From Asterias rubens (lineage: Eukaryota): a DNA stretch of 64,000 bases. The translations under genes and the position numbers were made by a program. The stretch is from assembly GCF_902459465.1 (NCBI RefSeq), contig NC_047063.1, positions 13,392,001-13,456,000 of the forward strand, written 5' to 3'. Every line of letters starts with the position of its first letter. Positions within the stretch are counted from its first letter, which is position 1. This document shows, one piece after another, positions 10,105-20,422 of this stretch. The notes beneath the pieces are model-generated. The model was given only the letters and a program-made list of their open reading frames with translations, did not search any database and was not told the origin of the DNA.

Positions 10105-13100
10105 TAATTAACAGACGTGAAAGCAAAAAGTAAAATAAACCTGCGAAAGCATAAGGAATGTAACTTTGATGTGAATTATTGTTTGCGTACAGCACGGTGG
10201 CTTTTGACATCAGTCATGAGTAAATTTGGTAAATTGCTGACAGTTCATCGTATGGATGCCCGGCGCAAAACCACACTCCTAATGCACACCCATAAAGATT
10301 TAAAGAAGGCTTTGCATCAAGCTCATGCAAAAATTCGTTTGCTGAGGTTAAAGCAAAAAGATTCAAGTGATTCCTCTCCACCACTTGCAACTGATGCAAG
10401 CACCAATTTTAATTTGTCACTGGAGCACACCATCCCAGAGATAGCAAGGAGATTAAAACTTCAGTCAAGAACAGTCACTGAATACTATAAGCAAAATCCT
10501 TTGGCAGTTGTTGAGTTTAATTACGAAAAATTGCTTGAAATGATAGACCCTGTCATATTCAACTTTATATCTTTCATTACCATGAGTGACAAAGAGCAGA
10601 GGCATGCACATTTTTCTGATTTCCAAACATATGCACTTCCCTCTGCTGTAAGTGATCAAGCAAAACTTCAGCGGTAAAGGCGTTTGAATGCTATTTTGAT
10701 CTTGCACTTCATTTTGAATGAGTGCAATAATTACCCTTTTCACATTGTGACTGCAAACTGCATACGTCGCTTATCAAATTCAAGTAAACTTATGCAGATG
10801 TTTAACAAGGCTGCACTTTGTTTCTCCACATGTATGACTTATTTTCACAGAGATACATTGGATAGATTTCTTGAAGAGGTTAAGGAAAGTAGATCTGCAA
10901 ATAATAAACTTTCTACCTTGCATAAATCTTCCTTTACTATCCTCTCAGTAGATAATGTAGATGTACTTGCATCATATGCAGCAGTTACTTCTAAAGGTTT
11001 TGCTAGAAGCTGGCATGGAACATCCATTATGGCTCAGCAAACAAAGCCTTCAGAATTATTGTCTGATGTGGAACTATTATCAGGTAATAAGACATCTGAC
11101 TTCTCAAACATTAATATCTTTGGTGATGGAGCTTGTTTCTATCGGTGTCTTGCAGTTTTTGGAGATTCAAATTTACTGAAATGTCCAAGAAACTCGGTTG
11201 GACTTCCAACATTTCTTTATTAATTAGGCAAGGAGTGTGTACTGTTTTAGAAAACCATGTAGGTATTTTTGAATTATTACCAGATGCGGAGAGACGGCAC
11301 CTTTTAGAAGTAGATTCAAATAAGTCGTATCCAGATTTCATTTCTCGAATTAAGGATGACATAAATGCTGGTACTTATGCAGGTCACCTTGAGATTTGTG
11401 CTGCGTCTTATGCTACCCAGACTGCAATTAGAGTAAACCCAAAAATCGGCACAGAGTTGAAAGAAGTTGCAAGCTACCCTGTTGATAAATCTGTTTTGCA
11501 TAACGATTATCATATACATGTATCTTGTAAACACCTAGTTCAGTTACGTTGTGTGGTCATTTCAATCTTCTGTTCAAAGATTGTTGCAGACCTGTCGGTA
11601 TTGGATCACTTGTCACTGATGAAGCAATGCCCCTTATTTTTGACCGCGCGAGGGCGCTATAAATAGTATTTTGATCACTTCCGGGGGTACACGCGATTCG
11701 CCCTGCACAAATTAATAGGCGTTCTGTCACTTTTGTTGCGCCGTAGTTTCAATTTGCTTTAGAGGTGGATTATAACGGCTCCTTTAAAAGTCTTATTGTC
11801 TGTGATGGATTAGATGTCTGTGGTTATAATGTGTTCCAATCTTTAAAAACTGTTTTGGGTATGAATGAATATACCCCCGGAAGTGATTGAGAGCGCCCTC
11901 ACGCGGTCAAAAATATGGCCCATTGCATCTGGTAATATTTTTGATGATTGGCAACTGCCAAAGCATACAAACATTAGCTTTCAGTTGAGTCTTATTCATT
12001 ATTTCAACAGTAGCACTGACATTCTTTCAGAATTGTTTGATGATATCAGTGATACCAGTGACATGAACGAAGAGACTCAATTACATGGCACTCAGGTAAA
12101 TTTTGATGGTGCAACAGTTACATGTAACAAGCCAAAGCAAGTAGTAAAAACTGAATTGAAGTCACTAAAGATAGTCAGTCCAGTCATTTTGTTCACAATC
12201 ATGAAGAGTCTGATACACAAATTTGGCTCCATGTACAAGAGTGTTTGTGTTCAGTTGTTCAAGTTTATTCTATTGACCGTGACATTGCAATGATTGGTCT
12301 GCCATTGCAGATAAGCAACAAAAATGTAATAATTCAGTACAGAGCCAAGCCTGGTGATGTTAAGTGTTTACATCTGCAAAAGTTCAAAGATTGTTTACAT
12401 AGAGATCCTGATCTAGCTGGTCTTGTTGACAAAGGCTTGGATGTGTGTAAGATTATTCAAGTCATATTTATTTGTAGTGGCTGTGATTTTGTGTCGTACT
12501 TTGTTCGTTTAGGAAAGCGATCATTTTTCAATACATTTTTTTAATATGCTGCATTCATTTGTGGATTGTTTACGGAAAACACTGAAGGGCTGCTTTCAAA
12601 CACCAACCTTAATGAGGATGATGATCTTGGGTTATTAGCATTTTACCGTTTCATTGGTTGTGTTTATTTCACAGCTCACCGTAGCTGTCTGAACAAATAT
12701 ACATCTCCTGTGGAACTGTTTTAGACTCTAGATTACCCAACTAAGTATGAGTGTCATATTAAATTCCTTGATATAATACGTAAGGCTACCCAGGTCGAAA
12801 TTCCAGTTGAACCTAGTTAAACTGGGTTTAACTGGAACTAGTTGAAACCAGTTGATAAACTAGTTAAACACAGTTAAAACCAGTTGGTTTAATATGGAAA
12901 ATGGACAGACACCAACTGGTTTATAATTTCAACCTAGTTGAACACAGTTAAACCTAGTCCAAACCAGTTGGTTAATATGGAAAATGGACGAGTTTGATCA
13001 TTATCCAGTTGAACCAGTTGACCCCAGTTAACTAGGTTCAACTGGAATTTTGACCTGGGTACTTGGAAGGGGACTTACGAAGATGAGCTACTTCCTTCTA

Positions 13101-13105
13101 ACTTG
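10105..13105 (+). pseudogene. Decayed AcademX-like DNA transposon ORF: transposase-like N-terminus + OTU-like protease + XPG/FEN1-type nuclease
   Basis: Stop/frameshift-broken ORF with SVDNVD..SWHGTSIMAQQ, GDGACFYR / GTYAGHLEICAAS / GHFNLL (OTU), NHEESDTQIWLHV / YSIDRD (XPG-I) and GCDFVSYF..LGK (H3TH). The transposase + XPG combination defines AcademX. Termini not found. Confidence 0.65.
12789..13059. mobile_element. 271-bp MITE with TA TSD inserted into the Academ-like ORF
   Basis: TA-CCCAGGTCGAAATTCCAGTTGAACCTAGTTAA ... TTAACTAGGTTCAACTGGAATTTTGACCTGGG-TA. Removing it restores the reading frame (K-A-T-W-K). Confidence 0.92.
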
Positions 13106-13426
13106 ACTGTTTTGAGTATCCTCAGAGATGACGAATACAGCGAATGAATACATCAATAGTGTATCTACCATCCATACGGTAAAATTCTTCTGCACAGTTT
13201 CGTTAACTATTTAAAAAAATTACTTTTTTGAAGACCGTTATTTTTGCACAAAGATCGCAATGTTTTTGGTCCCATATTTCCTTGTTTTGAGCCCCAAAAA
13301 TGGTGTTATATTTTTTGTAGGTACAATAAAACGTTTTTGCTCCGGTATGTGATAGTATTTTTTCGATACAGTATTTAATAATCCAGAAATGGACGTAACA
13401 AATGAAATAAAGCCCTATTCAGACCG

Positions 13427-13548
13427 GTGCGCAGTGACTGCACACACACAAAAGGAAACAGTACGGAATGTTGACGTGATGAGTGCGCAGTGACTGCACA
13501 CACACACACCCACACCCAAGGAAACAGTACCAAATGTTGACGTGATGA
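13427..13548. repeat. Two-unit tandem repeat (56 and 66 bp) upstream of paralogue 2
   Basis: GTGCGCAGTGACTGC(AC)n..AAGGAAACAGTAC..AATGTTGACGTGATGA repeated at 13427 and 13483. Confidence 0.85.
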
Positions 13549-13710
13549 CCTTCCATGTTAATAAAGTGGCCAAGTAGTCGTACCATGGAGGAATAAATTC
13601 CTGTATATCCCAGCAGGCAGGTCACTTGGTTGATGTTAGCTATTGGTTTCATCCGTTAGTATTCTACGGTGCCAGGTGCCATTTGCAATTGAGCGACTCC
13701 GCTGTTCTTT

Positions 13711-16700
13711 ATGGCTTCTCAACGAAGACCAGTTCACCACCAGGACAGGGATCCTTGGGGTTGGGTTGTTGTGGGCGCAACATTTGTCGCCTTTTTCATC
13801 ACATACGGAAATCTGAAGGCTTTGGGTGTTCTCCTCCTAGCCATGCAGAATGACTTCAATAGTGACCTGTGGATAATTGGTTGGATGGCCGTTCTATATA
13901 ACTCAATGAGTCTCCTCTCCGGTAAGACATTTATGCGTAGCCCTTTATCAAAAACTTTACCTGAATGGGAAAAGTACTATATAACTCTGACCTTAACAAT
14001 TAAAGCGGTTCGAAAAGAAGGGGAAAAACGTTAAGGGAACCCGCACTGTTTGCAATTCGATTTCCATGTCCAATTAATTACAGTATTATATTGACACGTA
14101 AATGATTCCTAAGAGCAATCCTTCGGAACCGGAGTTTTTGGTTAAGTTTGATAATAATGAGTGTACAACAGAAGTGATTCGTTTATTATTAATAAACGTA
14201 TAGCATTATTGAAACCGAAGACTGACTCGTAACGACTTGTTGTGTTTAACAGTTTTACTAATGTTGTTTGTTTACATGTCAATTGTAACAATTGTTGAAG
14301 TGTTTTTTATATTGCGAAATTTGTGCACGTTGGTAAGGTTTAATAAGCGTTTATTTTAGATGCTAAAATCCAACAAGAAAAGTGATTTGAGTGAGAGGGT
14401 AGTTACAAACCGTGTACTGTCTTTAAAATTATATCTCCCTTGTTTTTAATGAATGTATTACTGTTTTGATGAAGGTCCTTTTGTTGCAAGCATTGACCGT
14501 CTAGTTAGCAGCAGACGCTGCGTTGTTATCGTCGGTGGAGTACTGGGGTCGGCTGGCTTCATCATCGGCTCGCAGTCGACTACAGTGTTACAGCTAGCTC
14601 TTTCTATTGTCATTCTATCTGGTAAGCAAATAAATAAACAAACGCCTGGATATTAAAACAAACCTGGCTTGTGTCTGAACACCTAACCAAATATGTTTAA
14701 TGACCGAAACTGAGAGCAACCAAAACAGCAGCAAGGCAACAACAACGGCAGCAGCTAGCAGCAGTAGCAGCACCAGAAGCAATAACACCAATAAGCACTG
14801 TACGCAGCAACACCGGTAGCAATAGTAGTAGCAGTACAGCAACTAGACTTGATTCAAGTCCCATTCTCGTGTGAGAGGTCCTTCATGCATATCACTCCAA
14901 CATGCTCCAACTTACTAGCAAACAACGTGGGATACACAGTACAGTGCGCGCTCGTCGTCAAAGTGCACGTTGTTATTCGAAAATCTCCCCAAATGGGGAG
15001 ATGTACAAAACCAATGGGAGCGTAGAAGCGCTGCCATGTCGGTAAAGTATTCATTGTACCCTGTTACATCACAGTAGAAGAGGTTGTAAGGCACGCGTCT
15101 ATACGCCGCGTGCGCGTGGGGCGGGTAAACTCATTAGCAGGCAAGGGGGTGTCGGTGTCATAAGTCGTTTTATTGCACTTCCCAAAATTCATCTTTTGCA
15201 AACAAAACCGACCCCAGTGTATGTTACAACGTATTAACTTAAATTCAAATGAACATTTAGTGCTTTATTTTTTTTTATAATTAATTGGTTATTCAAAAAT
15301 AAATTTCAATCATCAACTAAGTACTTAACCCACAAAAAATAATGACAAATGAACTAGTTTTTTTTGTTTTGCATTTGATTGATCAAAACGTATCACGTAG
15401 CAATGTTACATATTCATAAGTGAATACATTTACATACCCGGCGACTGTGACATCGTCAAGTCCCTGCCCCGCATGCGGAACAGGTTGGGAAATGATGCAG
15501 AGCATCACAAAACAGTAGTTTTCATGGGGTGGCACGGGATTGGGACTTGAGTCAAGTCTACACAGCAGCAACGCCAGCAATAGCACTAAACCCGCACCAC
15601 ATACAGAAGCACAAGCAGCAACAAATGTGAGCAGCATCAATAAGAGACTCTACAAATTTTCAAATGCAATTCAATTCAATTCAATTCAATTTTATTGAAT
15701 TGAATTGAATTGAATTGAATTGCATTCAATCGATGAATTAGTTAAGTTGGTCGGTGGAATTAAATATTCCTCTGTAAATGACACGTTTGACTAAAGTAAA
15801 TTGTCTTGTTATACAGGTCTTGGTAAAGCTTTGAGTTTTTTCTCCTTCTTTGGTGTTCTGGCGTCCTACTTCAGTGAGAACTATTCTGTAGCTATTGCAA
15901 TATCAGCATCAAGTATACCAATCTCGATGATCGTGTATGGTCCCCTGACACAGATACTACTGGATGCATACGGCTGGCGTGGAACCATGCTGATAATGGG
16001 TGGTATTACTTCCCACATCTTAGTATGCGGTGAATTGCTTATAGCTCCTGCAGTATCTTCACCAACAAATAGAGAACAGTACCAACAGGTACCAAACGAT
16101 GCAGCGGATGGAGACGACATTTCAATGGAGAGATACAACAGTAATTCTGCCGAATCTCACCGGGGAACGTTTTTGACGATAAAAAGGAGCATTCAGCGTT
16201 TCTTTACATCTATGGACTTTGAAATACTTGCAGAGAAAAGATTCATATTTCTGACTGCGTCAATAGTTTGCGTTGATTTCTGCTTCAATGGGTGGGTAGT
16301 ATACATGGTGTCACATGGTGTATTCCAGGGGCTGAGCAGTAACCAAGCTTCGCTGTTACCAACAACCTTTGGGATTGGATACATCCTCGGCAAGTTCGTG
16401 GCTCCTCTTACGGATCGCACCCGATGCAAGGTTCCTGCCATCAGATGGATTTATCTTGGCTGCGTCCTCATGTTTGCCTCATATCTCACCGAAGCTTTCA
16501 TGACACTTTTCCCTGTGCAGATGATCGTCACATGTTTCATTGGAATGGGGCATGGTATTGTATCACAGTCACGTGACGTCATTGTGCGGTTTCTGACGTC
16601 CGTTGATCGGCTCGTAGCTGTGCTGTGCTGGCAGGCGCTTATAGGTGGATTTTGTACGATGGGAAGTGGATTGCTAACAGGTTGGTAATATAATGTTACT

Positions 16701-17395
16701 TTGGTTTGGAGATGTTATGTGCAACGTTACAAATTGTGTTTTCTCGCCTCGGCGACTTCCTTTCATGCGAATTCACTTACTCGCCTCTTTGACTTTGATT
16801 ATTGGTATATTGCGCACTATATAAATTGTGATTCAGTTAACTAAAGACGACAAACCTTATCCTAACTATTATGTGAAATGTGGTTAGCTCGCCCGTTTAG
16901 AACCCCGCACCTTCTATTTGCCAGTCCTGGGGTGGATTTCACAAAGGTAGTCCTAACTTAGGACTAGTCCTAGGCAATGCTAAGAGATAGGACTCGTCCT
17001 AAGTTAGGACCAGTAACTCATCCTAACTTAGGACTGGTCCTATCTCTTAGCATTGCCTAGGACTAGTCCTAAGTTAGGACTACCTTTGTGAAATCCACCC
17101 CTGCAGCCTTACCAGTTGACCAAGGCGATTTGTCTCCCTCCCCAAAGGAACACAGTTCTAAAGTTCTGAATCGTGGAGACTTTTTAAGACTCCCCTTACA
17201 GTGTGCGAGCTCTGACGAGAATGGGCAATCACAATAATACTCATGTTATTGTGTTGTTTGCTTTCAGGGTTGATTTACGAATGGACAGGAAGTTTTCAAG
17301 CGGCTTTAATTATGTACAGTGGCATCATGCTGATTTCCGTCATACTGTTCTTCGTATATGATAAAATAACGAACCGAGAACAAGACCAATGTTAG
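13711..17395 (+). CDS. SLC16: SLC16/monocarboxylate transporter-like MFS protein, paralogue 2, complete (449 aa)
   Basis: Exons 13711-13921, 14475-14621, 15817-16680, 17268-17395 total 1350 nt, open to TAG. TM1 motif WGWVVVGATF..GNLKALG is typical of SLC16. Confidence 0.92.
15663..15726. repeat. Inverted pentanucleotide microsatellite (TTCAA)n/(TTGAA)n forming a palindrome
   Basis: AATGCAAT(TCAAT)4-TTT-ATTGA..TTGCATT; arms about 28 bp. Confidence 0.9.
16930..17100. mobile_element. 171-bp fold-back MITE (PIF/Harbinger-like, CTG TSD) in paralogue 2 intron 3
   Basis: Arms of about 80 bp with 2 mismatches; CTG at 16927-16929 and 17101-17103. Paralogue 1 intron 3 shows the empty site (GCCAGTTCTGCAGCC). 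Confidence 0.93.
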
Positions 17396-18000
17396 CTGCG
17401 GATCTCTAGGTTAGGCAACAACCAACTATGCCCTAAACATAGACCCCAACCCCCAAAACAATTGTAATATTTGTGGAGTCCTTTGTCTATCCGTTGAGGG
17501 CCTCCATTTTCTTATAAACAGTATAGTGTTACGTGTACCAACTTGAAGCTTAAACAAGGATGGCAATAAATTTTGTTTTTGATAAGCATGACCACACGAA
17601 ACTTAATCAAGAGACAAGGAACAATATGATACAATTCTTCTTTAAATTGCATTTTACAGTGGATAAATTAAAAGTGGTATAAAAAGAGACCAATAGAAAA
17701 AATGACAAACATAAAGGGCAGAAAGGACTAAAATCAGGATAGGAAAAACAACTCACACGATCCTGGTGGCTAATCCAACTACTTGGTTAAGCTTCAAATA
17801 CAACTGTTCATGTATACATGTTGTTTCTGCATTAACGTCACCTGGAAATATAATTTTTTTTCTTTCAAACACAAGAGTATATGCTTACGAACAATAAGAA
17901 TTTTTTTTTATTTTTATAAACGTACAAACTCACGACTTGGTCCGTACATGTACTTTGCAATTGTGTTAACTCTACGCATTACAGGCAAAGTCTGCCTCGA

Positions 18001-18177
18001 TTGACGTCACGAACAGCGCCCTCTCGGGTCGGGGTCTACACTTAAATTTGTAAATAACATAAGAACTGATTTTTTTAAACCTTAGTTAACTGTTTATTCA
18101 CATTCCACTCATCAAAACACATATATTAGTGACAAAAGCTTTATTTTGAAAAAAATACCACTTCCAGGTGACTTTAA
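18001..18177. mobile_element. Solo terminal fragment of the THAP/Kolobok-like family
   Basis: Reverse complement of 6849-7023; ends CTTCCAGGTGACT-TTAA. Confidence 0.75.
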
Positions 18178-19101
18178 ACAGTGGGATGGTATTCATTTTA
18201 AAACCGCTATTCCTACAGTGAACTGTTTGACTGAGGTTTGACTTGCCCAAATTGAGTGTCAACCTCTCAAGTTTGTCCGATGTATTATTTCACATCAAAT
18301 TATGACATTTCAGACAGAAATATTTCAAGGGATGTTTTCAACTATCATCATCATTAGACCGTGTAAGTTTTATGTAAATCTGTGGTCTTCACGTTTTTTT
18401 CTTACCAATTCTGTAACGTTCCTTTAATTACAAATGACTTCATATGGAAGTATATACAGCCATCATTATTTTGTAAGAATAATGCGAATAATATAGCCAA
18501 ATATTCAATTTGCTCCTTAATTACGCAAGGAAACCAAACAGGAGATGAATATCCAATGACAGGTCTTATAAGGAAACAAAAAGGTAGCGACGAGTTCTCA
18601 AACGGCCGTTAAAACCGGCAGGGTTGTGGCTGTGCAATAAAAGGTCACGACTCTGGCACGTTTTAAACGGTCGTTTATGAACGAGTCACTCATATTTTAT
18701 TCCAGTTCTAGAGACTGTGATACACACGACATGAGCGTGGGCGACCAACACTCAAAGCCAACCGGTCTTAAACAGCTCCAGCTGGTAAGGGACCGATTGC
18801 GCGACCAACGTCACGTGACCTGAGATGGGTATTAAAGCCAAACTAAGAACAAGCAGATGTTTATTACCTTTGTGCAAAAGTTGGAGCAGGCTCAAGAGCC
18901 AAAGATCTGATGTATACAAATTGTGAAAAAAATGAAATAAGTAGTTCTTGAGTTCGGCTGGAACCGAAACTCAAGGTCAATGGGGTCGCACTCGATTGTC
19001 GAGATTTTGAAGAACTTTCCGACGACATGATTCGTAAACTGTAAACAACCAATGTGTTGTAAAGAAGTCTTTTTTCAAATATTAATTTTGATTTAATTTA
19101 A

Positions 19102-19515
19102 TATAGGTTTTCTCGGTAAATTTCGAAAAAAGAGCAGCCAATTTAACCACCAAGCTATTCTATTTCGCGCAAAATCGAATGGTACTCAAAAGGGTCATTC
19201 GATTTCGTTTTGGGATTAGTCAAATGTAATTTTGCGTCATTCGAATTAACAAAATAATTATTCAATTTAACAATTCATCAAAGCAGCATTCAAATTCGCA
19301 GACGCTTCTTGAGGCGTGTGTGTCACGAAAATGAATGACGCTACGCTAAATTGAACAGAGTGCTTAACGAATTTGACTCGACCCAAGACGAAATTGAATG
19401 GCCGAATTCTGAATTTGAAACGCAGTAACAACTGGAAAAGCAAAACGGCTTTAATTCGAACGCATGAAAATTAAATTGACTGCTCATTTGCCGAATTTGA
19501 CCGAGAAAACCTATA
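19102..19515. mobile_element. MITE with TATA/TA-flanked TIRs, copy 1 of an adjacent pair
   Basis: TATAGGTTTTCTCGGT ... CCGAATTTGACCGAGAAAACCTATA. Confidence 0.85.
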
Positions 19516-19539
19516 CTGAAATATACAATTTATAATATT

Positions 19540-19955
19540 TATAGGTTTTCTCGGTCAATTTCGGAAAATGAGCAGCCAATTTAACCACCAAGCTATTCTA
19601 TTTCGCGCAAAATCGAATGCTACTCAAAAGGGTCATTCGATTTCGTTTTGGGATTAGTCAAATGTAATGTTGCGTCATTCGAATTAACAAAATAATCATT
19701 CAATTTAACAATTCATCAAAGCAGCATTCAAATTCGTAGACGCTTCTTGAGGCGTGTGTGTCACGAAAAAGAATGACGCTATACGCTAAATTGAACAGAG
19801 TGCTAAAGGAATTTGACTCGACCCAAAACGAAATTGAATTGCCGAATTCTGAATTTGAAACGCAGTAACAACTGGAGAGGCAAAACAGCTTAAATTCGAA
19901 CGCATGAAAATGAAATTGACTGCTCGTTTGCCGAATTTGACCGAGAAAACCTATA
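19540..19955. mobile_element. MITE with TATA/TA-flanked TIRs, copy 2 of an adjacent pair
   Basis: Same TIRs; collinear with copy 1 but with scattered substitutions; 24-bp spacer between copies. Confidence 0.85.
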
Positions 19956-20422
19956 ACATTATTGTCCCGCGTTTCATTGTGTTGACAGTAACCACTAGGT
20001 TGCATTCGGCCGCGTATTCTACAACAAAGAGTAAAACTAGTTGAAAAAACCAGTCTGAATCATATCAAACGTATCACGTGTTGTTCCAAGGGGTGATCTA
20101 CCGGCAATTATGGCCGAATCGAGGTGAAAATCGGTAGTTTTAAAGTCGGGGTTCGAACTTGTACAATGAAAGCGCCATACCGTATAGAAACAGTTTTCGT
20201 AAATCTGTTGTTACGGTGGGATTGATGAAAATTCTGACATATCTGTCTAATAATACTAAGCTTCACACTGTCAATTTGCCAATACATTACACATTACTTT
20301 TACTAAAAATGATGGTTAAAATAATCGAACCCATATAGTATCTCCTTTTTACCGATATTAAGGGGCTCTTAAATTTGTAAATAACATAAGAACATAAGAA
20401 CTGATAATGCCACTTAACATTT

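Noticed and set aside
6849-18173. Composite transposon carrying MCT paralogue 2 between inverted Kolobok-like ends
   Set aside because: The 6849 end already has its partner at 8597, and the outer flanks do not share a TSD (CGAA vs TTAA). The 18001-18177 piece is better read as a solo end.
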